A stretch of DNA of 64,000 nt from an uncultured delta proteobacterium (GCA_963785045.1 CAWAUC010000013.1:204577-268576); one strand, 5' to 3'; counted from the first letter of the stretch, positions 1 to 12,376 are shown. The notes: generated from the sequence alone by a model not told the origin. Numbers and translations: made by a program.

Positions 1-25
1 ACGCTAAAAGGAAAGGGCACACACC

Positions 26-424
26 ATGCGGGCATTGATTGCGGAAGACGATTTCACCAGCCGGTTGCTGATGCAGAAGCTTTTGGCGCCCTACGGCGAG
101 AGTCACGTGGCCATCAACGGCAAGGAAGCGCTTGAAGCGTACACGGCTGCCCGGTCGAAGCGGCGGCCTTACGATCTGATCTGTCTGGACATCATGATGC
201 CCGAGATGGACGGGCAGACGGTCCTGCAGGAGATACGGGCGATCGAAGAGGGGGCGGGGATCCGTGCGGGCCGCGGGGTGAAGATCCTTATGACCACCGC
301 CCTGAAGGACCCGAAAAACGTGATGACGGCGTTTCGCGAGCTGTGCGACGGGTACCTGGTCAAGCCCATCGACAAGGCCAAGCTCTTGAAGTATCTGCGG
401 GAGTTCGGGCTGATAGAAAAATAG
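26..424 (+). CDS. Single-domain response regulator (CheY-like receiver)
   Basis: LIAEDD, LICLDIMMPEMDG (phospho-Asp), MTTA and YLVKP receiver motifs. Confidence 0.9.
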   Translation: MRALIAEDDFTSRLLMQKLLAPYGESHVAINGKEALEAYTAARSKRRPYDLICLDIMMPEMDGQTVLQEIRAIEEGAGIRAGRGVKILMTTALKDPKNVMTAFRELCDGYLVKPIDKAKLLKYLREFGLIEK

Positions 425-1018
425 ATGGAACTACTAATCGCCGAAGACGACGTCAGCTCGCGCAGCATGCTGCAGGCCGTGATCGGCCGGTGGGGTTTCG
501 ATGTGGTCGCAGTGTCGGATGGAGCCCAGGCCTGGGCGCGGCTGCAGGAACCGAATGGTCCGCGGCTGGTGCTGCTTGATTGGATGATGCCGGCCATGGA
601 CGGGCTGGAAGTCTGCCGCCGGGTCAGGCAGACGGAGCGGGCCGACTCGCCCTACATCATCATGTTGACCGCACGCACCGTCAAAGGGGACATCGTCGCC
701 GGCTTGGAGGCAGGCGCCAACGACTACATCTCCAAGCCCTTCCACCCTGAAGAGCTGAAAGCCCGGCTGATGGTCGGCAAACGTGTGCTGGAGCTGCAGC
801 GGGCGCTGGCGGAGCGGGTCCGGCAGCTCGAAGCGGCATTGAGCCACGTCAACGTCCTGCAAGGGATTCTGCCCATTTGCACCTACTGCCATAAAATCCG
901 CAATGACAAGGAGAGCTGGGAGCGGCTGGAAAATTACATCATCAAGCATTCGGAGGCGAAATTCACCCACGGTGTCTGTCCGGAATGCATGCAACAGCAA
1001 TTGGCACTGCTGAAATAG
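425..1018 (+). CDS. Response regulator with C-terminal Cys/His-rich domain
   Basis: Receiver (LLDWMMPAMDG, YISKPF), a coiled coil, then LPICTYCHKIR...FTHGVCPEC; starts immediately after the previous stop. Confidence 0.85.
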   Translation: MELLIAEDDVSSRSMLQAVIGRWGFDVVAVSDGAQAWARLQEPNGPRLVLLDWMMPAMDGLEVCRRVRQTERADSPYIIMLTARTVKGDIVAGLEAGANDYISKPFHPEELKARLMVGKRVLELQRALAERVRQLEAALSHVNVLQGILPICTYCHKIRNDKESWERLENYIIKHSEAKFTHGVCPECMQQQLALLK

Positions 1019-1113
1019 TCAGAAGGTGCTTGCTCCCCGGGGCCGGATGGCGCCTTCTATCGTGACATGATCGTCACCTGAGATGGCAAACGCCTCCGGA
1101 TGTGCTCCAAGGC

Positions 1114-1497
1114 TCAGGGGTTGGGGCGCCTGGCAAGCACCGCCTGGATGGCCGCAACCAGGGTTGCACTGTCAGCCGTCTTGGTGACATAGGCCTCACC
1201 ATAAAGCTCGGCCGCGCGCAGCTTGGCTTCGTTTTCATCCACCCCGGTGTGCATGATGACGGGAATCGAAGCGGTATCGATGTCGCTCTTGAGCTCTTCA
1301 AGCAGTTCGAACCCGTCTTTGCCCGGCATCATCACGTCAAGCAGGATCAGATCGGGGGACTTTGTTTTCGCAAACTTCAGCCCTTTGCGCGGGTCATTCA
1401 CGACGCTGACTTTGAAGTTCCCTCCCAACTCCAATTGTGCCTTCTTGATCCTGCAAATATCGCGGTCATCGTCGATCAGGAGGATGTGGATCGTCAT
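1114..1497 (-). CDS. Single-domain response regulator
   Basis: MTIHILLIDDD...PDLILLDVMMPGKDG...IPVIMHT...YVTK; ATG at 1497 chosen from the receiver N-terminus. Confidence 0.85.
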   Translation of the reverse strand: MTIHILLIDDDRDICRIKKAQLELGGNFKVSVVNDPRKGLKFAKTKSPDLILLDVMMPGKDGFELLEELKSDIDTASIPVIMHTGVDENEAKLRAAELYGEAYVTKTADSATLVAAIQAVLARRPNP

Positions 1498-1534
1498 GCT
1501 CTGGCCCTTCGGATTAGGATATTCGCACAGACTC

Positions 1535-1563
1535 ATTATATCAGCCGCATCGGAACCTGTCAA
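1535..1563 (-). promoter_or_regulatory. Sigma70-type promoter of the minus-strand response regulator
   Basis: Minus strand reads TTGACA-N17-TATAAT, a perfect consensus. Confidence 0.75.
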
Positions 1564-1721
1564 TTTTGACGGCTTGCGCTGCCGGCGTAACGAATGCAGT
1601 CCATGACGTAACCGATTCGCCACGTTTGCGGCGCAACCGCCACCTTTCCGCTTGAGTCACCGAAGTCCTCTTCACATCGATTTGCTTAACGATATCAATT
1701 AGTAAAATCAATTTTACAATA

Positions 1722-1737
1722 TTGGCATGGTTCTTGA
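1722..1737 (+). promoter_or_regulatory. Possible sigma54 (-24/-12) promoter of the chemotaxis cluster
   Basis: TTGGCATGGTTCTTGA resembles TTGGCAC-N5-TTGC (the -12 GC is GA); AT-rich tract upstream. Confidence 0.35.
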
Positions 1738-1752
1738 GTATAACGCCTGGGA

Positions 1753-2034
1753 TTGCCTCCCCTTCTTTTCCTTCTCGATGTCTTTCTGCCGGACGCGACG
1801 GCCATGGAACTGATTCCACAGCTCAAGGTCCTGCAAGCGGAGGCCCGGATCATCACTCTCACCGGGCAAAGCAGCCGGGAATTGGAACGCACCCTGAGGG
1901 AGCTGGGAATTTCGTACTACATGGCCAAACCGTTTCAGCGAGATGAACTCCACAGCCTTCTCACGCACATGGCCGGCCGGCGCCGGGCTCGGGGACGCCG
2001 CCGGACCCCCCACCCGATCGTCAACCCAACCTAA
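1753..2034 (+). pseudogene. Partial receiver-domain protein (N-terminus missing)
   Basis: FLLDVFLPD...IITLTG...YYMAKPF is the C-terminal two-thirds of a receiver domain. Confidence 0.6.
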
Positions 2035-2050
2035 ACAGAAAGGAATCGCC

Positions 2051-2558
2051 ATGGGACAAGCCGAAACCGTCATGAGTGATGTGGTTGCACGGGCAGCCGA
2101 CAGGGAGGGCAAGTACCTGACCTTCTCGCTGGCCGGCGAGGAGTACGGCATCGGGATTTTGAAGATCCGGGAGATATCGGCATGCTGCCGATCACCTCGG
2201 TGCCGGAGACCCCGCCCTACGTGAAAGGGGTGATCAACCTGCGGGGCAAAGTGATCCCGGTGGTGGACCTGCGGTTGCGTTTCGGGATGGCCGAGATCGC
2301 TTATACGGATCGCACCTGCATCATCGTCGTGGAGATGAAAAGCCCGGGGAATGGTGCACCATCGGTACCGTCGTGGATTCGGTGTCCGAAGTGCTGAACA
2401 TCAAGGGTGAGGATATCGAGAATACGCCGGCCTTCGGGGCCAAGTTGAACTCCGAGTATATCCTGGGCATGGCCAAGATGGGAAGGGTGAAGATTCTGTT
2501 GGACATCGATGGGGTGCTGAGCTCCGAGGAAATGGCCCAGCGCAAAGAGGCCGCCTGA
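2051..2558 (+). pseudogene. cheW: Chemotaxis protein CheW, frameshifted in this sequence
   Basis: KYLTFSLAGEEYGIGILKIREI / PITSVPETPPYVKGVINLRGKVIPVVDLR / DSVSEVLNI...KILLDID spread over three frames. Confidence 0.85.
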
Positions 2559-2613
2559 CCGGGAAATCTAGTTCAATAATTAAATCATAAACCCCAATAG
2601 AGGAGAACGTAAA

Positions 2614-4566
2614 ATGTTCAAGAACATGAAATTGGGTACTAAGATCAGCATGGGATTCGGCCTTCTCATCGTGATCGCCTGGTTTTGGGCGGCTTGGCGG
2701 TTTTTAACATGAATAAGGTCCAGGCAATGCGACCACCCTGGTCAAGGAGAACGTGCCGGAAGTTCCTGTCGCCAACAAGGTGGAGCGCAATTCGCTTCTG
2801 ACCATGTATGCCGTGCGCGGTTACGCCTCCACCGAAGAAGAACAGTACCTGACCGAGGGCAAAAACGAGCTGGAGCATGTCAAGAAGTACTCGGCGACGT
2901 CAAAATCCTGGGACCGGCCCCCGCCTGGTCAAGCTGGCCGAGGCGGCGCAAAAGGCGGAGACCGCGGCTGGCCACGAGCACCTTTAAGTTAAACGGCGAG
3001 CCTGACCCAGGGGCTCGAGGCGGAACGCAAGGCGCGATGCCGCGTCCGCCAGGTACATGCAGAAGTGCGCGGATTTTCTCGAAGCCCAGAACGAGTAGAT
3101 GGACAAGGACATCGGCCGGAAGGTGCTTGCCTCACTCAAGGAGCGGATGAAAAAAATCAACTTCGTCAACGACATCGTCGACCTGGGCAACCGGATCGCA
3201 CGGACTTCAAATCCCCGTCCCCCGCGACCCGGAAATTTTGACGCGAGGCCAAGAGGCTTTTCGAAAAAGTCGAGCAAGCTCGACAATGAAGGCGATCACC
3301 CGCCAGGACGTAAACCTGAAGCAGATCGAAGAGTGCCGCAGGGCAGCAGGCGTACGAAGGCAAGATGATCACTTTTTGGCCGAGTGGCTGGGCGAGAGGA
3401 AGCGTCCAACAAACGCAACGCCGCGGCCGATGAGGTGCTGTGCAGGCCAAGTCGACCGCGAAGCCGGCATGAGCCAGACCGACAAGGGTTCCAAAGATGG
3501 CCGCGAGCCTCGCCATGCCTCCAGGATGATGATCAGCGGGCTCATCGCGGCGGTGATTATCGGCATCTGTTGGCCTTGTTCGTCACCCGCGATCACCCGC
3601 CCCATTCCCCGCATCGTCGAGGGGCTCAGTGAGGGCGCCGAGGAAGTCTCCTCGGCCTCCGGGCAGGTCTCGTCGGCCAGCCAGTCCCTGGCCGAAGGCG
3701 CCACCGAACAGGCGGCCGCCATCGAAGAGACTTCCTCCTCGCTCGAAGAGATGTCCTCCATGACCAATCAGAACGCCGAAAACGCCGGCAGGCCGACAAC
3801 CTCATGCGGGAAGCCAAGCAGTCGTCGCCAGGGCCAACGAGTCCATGGGCCAACTGACCGCGTCCATGGAGGAAATCTCCAACGCCAGCGACGAAACATC
3901 GAAAATCATCAAAACCATCGACGAAATCGCCTTCCAGACCAACCTGCTGGCGCTGAACGCCGCGGTCGAGGCCGCCCGGGCCGGTGAAGCCGGCGCCGGG
4001 TTTGCGGTGGTGGCCGATGAAGTGAGAAACCTGGCCATGCGCGCGGCCGAAGCCGCCAAGAACACCGCCGATCTGATCGAGGGAACGGTGAAGAACGTGA
4101 AGGACGGCTCGGACCTGGTGGACAGGACCAACGAGGACTTCGCTGGAAGTGTCCAACAACTCGGCCAAGGCGGGCGATCTGGTGGCCGAGATCGCGGCCG
4201 CTTCCAATGAACAGGCCCAGGGTATCGATCAGGTCAACAAGGCCGTGGCGAGATGGACAGGTGACCCAGCAAAACGCCGCCAACGCCGAAGAGTCGGCCT
4301 CCGCGGCCGAGGAAATGAACGCCCAGGCGGAGATCATGAAGGGCATGGTGGATGAACTAGTTGGGATTGTCGGCAATTCGGGCAACGCCCGGAAAGCGGG
4401 GTCCCGCGGCGACCATCATGCACTAAAAGCCGTCGAGCCGCACAAGGCAGTTGCTTCAGCGGTCAACAAACTCAAATCCAAAGTCGGCCCGACCAAGAAA
4501 TCGGCCAAACCGATGGCGGAGGCGGTAATCCCCCTGGACGACGACAAGCAGTTCTCGGACTTTTAG
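2614..4566 (+). pseudogene. Methyl-accepting chemotaxis protein, multiply frameshifted
   Basis: RBS AGGAGA and MFKNMKLGTKISMGFG start; signalling hairpin [34 protein letters not shown]; ends IPLDDDKQFSDF. Confidence 0.85.
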
Positions 4567-4588
4567 CACGACGTGTCGTTGAAAAAGG

Positions 4589-4623
4589 CCCATGGGCGGG
4601 AGGCCAGCGCTTCCGCCCATGGG
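4589..4623. terminator. GC-rich stem-loop between the two MCP genes
   Basis: CCCATGGGCGGGAG-N7-CTTCCGCCCATGGG, preceded by an A-tract. Confidence 0.5.
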
Positions 4624-4683
4624 GCGCATCACGGTTCGGTTTCGCAAAGGATGCATCAGCCATGAGCTGAAAGGATCCGAAAA

Positions 4684-6753
4684 ATGAAGACCAGGTGGAC
4701 CATCGGGAAAAAGCTGTTCGCGGCGTTTGGGGCTGTAGCCGCCATCATGCTGGCGCTGGGGGGCGTGGGGTACTACAGCGCCGTCAAAGGTCAGAACTCC
4801 CTCAACGAAATCGGCAACGTGAGTCTTCCGAGCGTGGACAGTCTTTTGATCATCAAGGAGAATAGCGAAAACATCCGGGGGACCTTGAGGACTCTCAGCA
4901 TCAGCGGATTGTCCCTCGAAATGCGCAAGCGGCAGTACGACAACATTGCTGAGGCCCGCAAGGAATACGAGGCCGCATGGAAGCGCTACGAACAATTGCC
5001 GCAAACCGAGGAGGAAGCGACCTTGTGGAAGCAGTTCGTGCCGGCATGGAATGCATGGCGGGCCGAAAACAACAAGGCCATCCAACTGTCCCATGAAATG
5101 GACCAGCTGTTGGCGGTCTACGATGCCTCGGAGCGCAGCAAGCGCCAATCCTACAAGGACTCCCTGGTCGAATGCGAAACTCGGAGTCTTGAAGCGCTGG
5201 CAGCTTTCGAGCTGCAGGTGCGGGAGTGGAAAAACCTCTTGATGCGCGGGCGCGACCCCGAGCAGTTCAAGCTGTATTGGGCGGCGTTCGAAAAACAGGA
5301 GCAGGCCGTCCAGGGTTCCATTAATAAGATTCAGGACATGGTGCAGGAGCTCGGGTTGGGTTCGGACGCGACTGCCGCCTTGTCGGCGGCTCACGCCACC
5401 CTGGGAGCCCAGTACCGGGAGGCCATCCGAAAATACGACAGGACCGATCCTGCCACGGGGCTGACCGTTGACGGCCTGGTGGCCCGACGGGCTCGCCCGG
5501 TCAACGTGGTGTTCGAGAAGCTGCTCGAAAACGTGCGGCAGGCCAGGCATCAGTATGATGAAATCAACGGCAAGCTCCAGGAGCAGTTGCTGGGGCCCGT
5601 GACCGTAACGCAGCGGGCGGCGATTGACTTGCTGGACAAGCTGGTCCAGCTCAACCGCGCATGCCGCTGACGAAGCAGCAGATCACCCGAACGCGAGCAT
5701 TCTTTCAAAGATGTTTCACGTTGTGCGGCATAAATAATCAGATGATCTTGCTGTCGCTGTCTCTCCGGTTTCATGATATCACAGAACATCTTTCGCAGCC
5801 TCGGGCAGGTAATAAAGGCCGTCCGACGGCGCCGAGCAGGTGGCCGCGGCCGCCGGCCAGGTCTCCGCCGCCTCGCAGTCGCTGGCCGAAGGCGCCACCG
5901 AGCAGGCGGCCTGGATCGAGGAAACCTCCTCGCCTGGAAGAGATGTCCTCCATGACCAAGCAGAACGCCGACAACGCCCAGCAGGCCAATACCCTGACGA
6001 GCGAGGCCGAGCAGGTCGCCGGCACGGCCAACGCGTCCATGGGGCGGATGAACGACGGCCATACGAGATCCAGAAGAGTCGACGAGACCGCCAAGATCAT
6101 CAAGGTCATCGATGAGATCGCCTTCCAGACCAACCTGCTGGCCCTGAACGCCGCGGTGGAGGCCGCCCGCGCGGGCGAGGCCGGCAAGGGGTTTGCCGTG
6201 GTGGCCGAGGAAGTGCGAAACCTGGCCATGCGGTCGGCCGAGGCGGCCAAGAACACGGCCAACATGATCGAGGAATCGGTCAAGAACTCCAAGAACGGCG
6301 TCGGATCTGGTGAGCCGGACCAACGAGGTCTTCCAGGAGATGGCCGGCAGCTCGGCAAGGCGACCGATCTGGTGAGCGAGATCGCCGCGGCCTCCAGGAG
6401 CAGGCCCAGGGCATCGACCAGGTCAACACGGCCGTCGCCCAGATGGACAAGGTCACCCAGCAGAACGCCGCCAACGCCGAGGAATCCGCCAGTGCCTCTG
6501 AGGAGCTGAGCGCCCAGGCCGAGACCATGAAGGACATGGTGGACGAGTTGGTGGCTTCATCCTGCGCAGCGCCGGGACGGCCACAAAGACGACTCGGCGC
6601 GGCGATCATCATGCGCGCAGAACCGCTGGCCGCATAAGGCGACCGGCGCGGTCAACGGAGTAGTTCCAAGGTCGACCCGGGCCAAGGTGGGCCAAACCGG
6701 TGGCGGCGGCAGATGATCCCGCTGGACGAGAACAAGCAATTCTCGGTTTTTGA
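4684..6753 (+). pseudogene. Second methyl-accepting chemotaxis protein (4HB-type sensor), frameshifted in the 3' half
   Basis: MKTRWTIGKKLFAAF TM start; [34 protein letters not shown]; ends IPLDENKQFSVF-TGA at 6751-6753. Confidence 0.85.
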
Positions 6754-6892
6754 TCTGGTCGTGACGGCTCGGATCCAGGGCGGGAAAAATCGCTGACCGG
6801 CACGCTGGTTTGGCGTTGCCTCGTTAAAATCATGGGTCGGTGGCACCGATTCAAAGCTGGGCGGTCTCTGAACAACCAGAAGTGAAATCGCC

Positions 6893-9800
6893 ATGTCGTA
6901 GCCTTGCGTGTAACTCCAGCGTTTCGTGCCCTGGCGGCGACTTCCTCTCCCGGTCCGCTTGCGGCGGGCATAGTCGGTGCAAAGACCACGGCGTTTTTGG
7001 TGACCGTTCTCAACTCGTGCCACCGGCAGGCTATCAATAGTCGGATGACGGGATTGAAGGGATCCTCGAGGGCCTGCGACTCGTACCGTAAGATCAAGCT
7101 GATGATCGAAGCTTACCTCGACCTGGAAAGGTCTCAGAAGAAGCTCGGGAGCGCGCTTGAAGAGCTTCCTCGCCCGGCGAATACCGAAGCCTGCCGATCG
7201 AGCCTTGCCGTTCTCGAACAATTTCCCCGCCTTCGACCTCGTCCTCAGCCACCGCGACAATTTTGAACGGCATCCCATTGTTTTTGCCGGAATCGACGAC
7301 TTCAGGCCGGAAATACTGGAAGGGCCGGACCAGATCAAGAAGATGGCCGAGTTCAAGGACCACGCGAAAATGCCTTGCACTAGCGCTACAGCTCAAGGGC
7401 ACTTGGCCGGGTAGCTCCAGTTCATCGACTGGAAGGCCAACGGCACACGAGATCTGGCGTGGAATGGAAACCATACTTCAGGTTTGCCGAGGCCTCGGTT
7501 AGGGTCGGCTTCAACGCTTCGACCCTATGAAGAAATGACGACGGCGGTTCGCGGAGCGGGCGCCGGACGGCCTGCGTCCTGATCCTGACTTTGCCACGGA
7601 CCGCGCACAAAACGCTGACCCCTGCCGAGCACCGCACTGCAGCAGCGGCAAGGCGACGCCGTTATGCCATAGGCGACCCGCCTGGGCGGGCGGCCCGTTG
7701 AGGGGCCTGCTGATCGGTGGCGCGGAGCATGGCCGCCGTCGCGGCGGCTCTGGCCCTGAGAGTGCTAGGGACGAGGAGCCCGCCTGGATTTTTCCATGAG
7801 AAATCCGCAGTCCTTCCCGTGCAAGTCTGGACTCCCTTCAGTTGCAGCGGTTCGACAGTCCCCTCGATGCCCTTCCAGCGGGCGGTACCTGGTCGAAACC
7901 GACGGCGTCGTTGGGGGGCTCCGCGAGGACGTCCTTGACCAGCGCTCGTCGTCGCCTTGTTTCTTGCCCTGATCGAGCGGATGCTGCTGGTCGTAATGCC
8001 GACGGGGACAGCGACCAAGGCCGCCTTGCGCGATTCCGGAGCCAGGTCCCGCATCATCAGGCCAAAAAATGCTGCGCCTGGGATTACTCGATCGATCCCT
8101 CAGGGAGCAAGTTAGCCCTGTGCCTCCCCCTCCTCCAGGAAAATCTAGGTCAATTCTTTTCACCGGGAGAGCCCCTGAAGCAGGCCAAGGTTTCCTAGCA
8201 CCGATCTCATCCATCCGACGACCAGCCATTCAGAGGCCCACCGCTGTCCCGCCTCGACCAGCCGCCAGGCGGATCAGTCTGCCTCCCGTCCAGCAGCCGG
8301 TCGCGAGGTACATCAGTTCCACCACGATCCGGGCAGTTGCTCAAGTCCAGCGCTTTCTCGGGACCCACGGCAGCAACCGCGACGTCACCGACCGCATGCG
8401 GATGCAAACGGCGCTGCGGGAAAGCGAAGCCCGCTTCCGGGTTTTGTACGAAAAGGCGCCCTTGCCATATCAGTCCCTTGACGAAAACGGCAACTTTATC
8501 GAGGTGAACCAGGCGTTCTTAGACGTGCTCGGGTATGCACGCGCGGACGTCATCGGCAGAAATTTCAGCGAATTTCTGGCGCCGGACCGGGCCGATCATT
8601 TCAAGCAGAATTTTCCCCGGTTCAAAGCCGTCGGCGAAGTCCTCGGCGTCGAATTCGAGATGGTCAAGAAAGACGCTTCCAGGATTCTCGTATCCTTCAA
8701 CGGGAAGATCGCGCATGACGGTCAGGGCCGCTTCAAGCAGACCCACTGCATTTACGGACATTACGGAGCGCCGGCGGGGGGAACGGGACCTGCAGGCCCA
8801 GCGCGACCTGCTGGAGGCCATTTTCGAGAACTCGCCCTTCATCATGCTGCTGGTCGACCAGGACATGCGCGTCAAGCGCATCAACCGTGCCGGAGCCGGT
8901 TTCGCAGGACGGCCGAAGGAGGCGATTCTCGGTCTGCTCTGTGGCGAGGTGCTCAGATGCAACAACTCCTTCCACGGGGCGGGTTGCGGAAGAAATGCCG
9001 CATGCGAAGACTGCCCGGTGCGCTCGCAGGTTGTGCGCACGTTCGAGACGGGTGAGACGGTTCTGGGCACACAAGGCAGGTTCGTCGTCGGCGAGCCCCA
9101 GGAAGTGATGCTGGACATGCTGGTGTCCACGGCCCGAGTGAAGGTGGCGGATCAGGAGTGTGTGCTGGTTTCGATGCTCGACATCACGGAACGCGCCTGC
9201 GCCGTCGCAGCACTCCAGGCGAGCGAGGAACGCTACCAAACGCTGGTCGAAAATGCCCTGGATGCCATTCTCATCACTCAGGACGGGGTGATCAAGTTCC
9301 CCAACCCCAAGACGCTGGAGTGGTTTGGGCTGGACGCTGAAGAATTAAAGGGCCTGCCGTTTGAAACCATCATCCACCCTGCAGACCGGGCCGCCGTGAT
9401 GGCGAGATACCGGCGGCGGCTTGCCGGTGAAAACATCCTGACGCCCAACGACTACCGGGTGGTCAACCCGAAAGGCCAAGAGTTCTGGGTCCAGGTCAAC
9501 ACCGTGGTGATTGAATGGGAGGGTCGGCCGGCGAACTTGAGCTTTATCCGGGACATCACTTCCCAGAAAAAACTCGAGCAGCAGGTGACCCAGGCTCAAA
9601 AAATGGAAGCGATCGGGACTCTTGCCGGCGGCATCGCCCACGATTTCAACAACATCCTCAGCGTGCTCATCGGCAACGCGGAGATCCTCGACCTGACGAA
9701 CGCCGTAAAACTATCGGCCAAGGAGAGTTTGACTCAGATCATGGCCGCCTCCCAGAGGGCCAAACAGCTGGTCAGGCAGATCCTGGCGTTCAGCCGGCAC

Positions 9801-10754
9801 AGCAAACAGGAGAAGCTTGTCATCAACCTGAAGCCGATCGTGAAAGAAACCATAGAATTCCTGCGCTCCTCCCTGCCTGCGACCATCCGGCTGAAACATT
9901 ATCTCGATCCGAACACCGGTCAGGTTCTAGCCGACCCGACCCAGATGCAGCAGGTGCTCATGAATCTATGCACCAATGCCGGACATGCCATGGAAAAGGA
10001 AGGCGGTGTTCTTGAGATCGATCTGAGCAGCGTGGAGCTTGATGAAGAAGATGTTCGGGCAGGGTCGGAAGTGGAAACCGGGGGGTATGTCCGGTTGACT
10101 GTATCGGACACCGGTCACGGCATTGATCCAAGCATCCTGCCGCGGATATTCGAACCCTATTTCACCACCAAGGAGCAGGGCAAGGGAACCGGGTTGGGGC
10201 TCTCCGTCGTGCACGGGATCGTCGAATCCCACGGGGGCATGATCAAGGTGTACAGCGAACCGGGCAAGGGCACGACTTTCAAGGTCTTCTTGCCGCACGC
10301 CGATGGTGCAGGGAAAACGCAGCCGGTGTCGACGAAGCCGATACCCACCGGAGATGAGCGGATTCTTTTCGTCGACGATGAGCCGGCATTGACCGAACTC
10401 AGCCGCCAGATGCTCAGCCGATGGGGCTACCGGGTCGAGGTCAGAACCAGCCCGGTTGAGGCCCTGGAAGCATTTCGGGCGAACCAGGGAAAATTCGACC
10501 TGGTCATCACCGACATGACCATGCCGCAGATGAGCGGGTTGAAGCTGGTGAGGAAGCTGACCGAGATCCGGCCCGATCTGCCCATCATCCTGTGCACGGG
10601 GTTCAGCGACCAAGCCAACGAGGACAGAGCCCGAGCCATGGGGGTTCGGGCCTTTTTGCTAAAGCCGCTGCTCATGCGCGAACTGGCCGAAGCGGTGCGG
10701 AATGCCCTTGATGAACCTCCGCTGCAGAACACAGCCGCCCATGGTGTGGGTTGA
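6893..10754 (+). CDS. Hybrid sensor histidine kinase: ABC-type periplasmic sensor, TM, several PAS, HisKA, HATPase, receiver; 5' part frameshifted and start approximate
   Basis: Fragments VLNS.H, FDLVLSHRD..PIVFAGIDDF, GGAEHG..ALRVL, QLQRF...LPAG; intact 3' part with LAGGIAHDFNNIL, QVLMNLCTNA, DTGHG, FTTK..GKGTGLGL and receiver LFVDDE/TDMTMP. Confidence 0.8.
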
Positions 10755-10918
10755 ACTGCACCAGCGAGCGCACTCCCCGCAGCTGGTTGCGGGGTGCTTT
10801 CATCCTGATTGCGCTTGCTATTGAATCTGCAGTAAGCTAAAAAAATCGGCGGTCCCGAAATAGTCAAACACCTGCCGGGACCGTGGTGGAATCCTTTCAC
10901 CGATCCCAAGGGCTGCCG

Positions 10919-12251
10919 ATGAGAACCCATGCCGTCGCCGTGGTTCGCTACGAGAAACCGATGGAGTCCGTTCGGCGCGCCGTGGAACTGTGCCGCGGGC
11001 TCGGTCACCTTCCCGCCGGGGCCAGAGTTTTTATCAAGCCCAACATCGTCTTCTGGACCCGGGCGGTACCGTTTCCCAAGTGGGGGGTGATCACGACCAC
11101 GCGCGTGGTCGCGGACACGGTCGTGCTTCTAAAAGAGCACGGCATCGACGACATCACCATCGGCGAGGGAATGGTAACCCTGAGTCCCGGGGACGTGGAA
11201 ACGCCGGCCCATGCTTTCGAGACCCTGGGCTATGGGGTGTTGCAGCGTCAGTTTGGGGTGAAGTGCCTGAATGTCTTCGAACGCCCCTTCAGGCTGGTGA
11301 ACCTCGGAGACGGATTCGAACTGCGTTTCAACGTGGATGCCCTCGCAAGCGATTTCATCGTCAACCTGCCCGTGATGAAGTCCCACAACCAGACCGTGGT
11401 CAGCCTGGGCATCAAGAACCTGAAGGGGCTGATCGACATCCCTTCTCGCAAGCGCTGCCACAGCATGCAGCCCGGCCGGGACCTGCATGCCTGGGTTGCC
11501 CGCCTGGCGGACAAATTGCCGCCCATGTTCACCCTGATCGACGGCATCTACACGAACGAGCGCGGTCCCGGCTTCGACGGCCGGGTGAACCGCAGCAACG
11601 TGCTGGTGGCATCTTCCGACGTGCTGTCGGCCGATCTGGTGGGGGCGGGCATCCTTGGGCATGCCCCTGAGGAAGTACCGCATCTCGTTCACGCCGCCCG
11701 GAACCGCCGTCGGTCGACGGACATGGCCGATATTGACGTTCTGGGAGAGAAGATCGAAGGTCTTGTCCGCTATCACGAATATGATTTTCACTACAGCGAG
11801 ACGACCGATGGCATCATGCCGGCAGCGTTGGCCAAGGAGGGGCTGAAGGGGATTTTCTACCGCAAGTACGATCTCTCCATGTGCACCTACTGCTCGGCGG
11901 TCAACGGCATCATGATTTCTGCCATACGCCGTGCCTGGCAGGGGAGGCCCTGGGACCGTGTCGAGGTCTCTAACCGGTAAATCCATGCAGCCGACACCCG
12001 GGATGCAGAAGACGATTCTTATCGGCAAGTGCATGTACAAGGCCCACAAGGACAACCCGGCCATCCGGGAGCTGATTGCGGTGAAAGGCTGCCCGCCCCA
12101 ACCGCAGGATCTGTTGAACGCCCTGCGTCGGGCGGGCATCGCGGCCGATGCCGGCCTCTTCGATAAGATGGGTGAGCTTCCGGGCCGTTTCATGAGCCGC
12201 TATGCCGGTCGGCCGGAGTTCGAGGAGGGGCATTTCAGCCTCCCTGAGTAG
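10919..12251 (+). CDS. DUF362 family protein (single frameshift near 11970)
   Basis: VFIKPN, VNLPVMKSHNQTVVSLGIKNLKG; C-terminal CTYC...GKC...GCPP continues in another frame to 12251. Confidence 0.8.
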
Positions 12252-12282
12252 CTACATTGCCTGTAGTTTTCGTCCTTAGATA

Positions 12283-12357
12283 GCAGCTCGGCTTGCCTTT
12301 TCGCGCCTTCCGCGTATTTCGTAGCTCCCTTTTCCCCATCCATCATTGCCGGCTGAG
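12283..12357 (-). repeat. Dispersed 9-bp-periodic repeat (family B), half element
   Basis: 66/75 nt identical to the reverse complement of 47847-47921; lies between convergent genes. Confidence 0.85.
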
Positions 12358-12376
12358 CAACTGTAATCCGGTGTGT

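Noticed and set aside
3650-6550. Similarity between the two MCP 3' halves as a repeat element
   Set aside because: Ordinary paralogy of conserved signalling domains.
7624-7667. attC-like string GCCGAGC..CTGCAGC..GCGGCAAGG..GTTATGC
   Set aside because: It lies inside the frameshifted periplasmic sensor region of the kinase (PVYAI..LG.G..GG motif), has no L' box and is too short.
11960-11985. Frameshifts in DUF362, the RlmI-like gene and the lipoprotein as programmed recoding or selenocysteine
   Set aside because: No slippery heptamer or in-frame UGA; single-base indels fit sequencing error.
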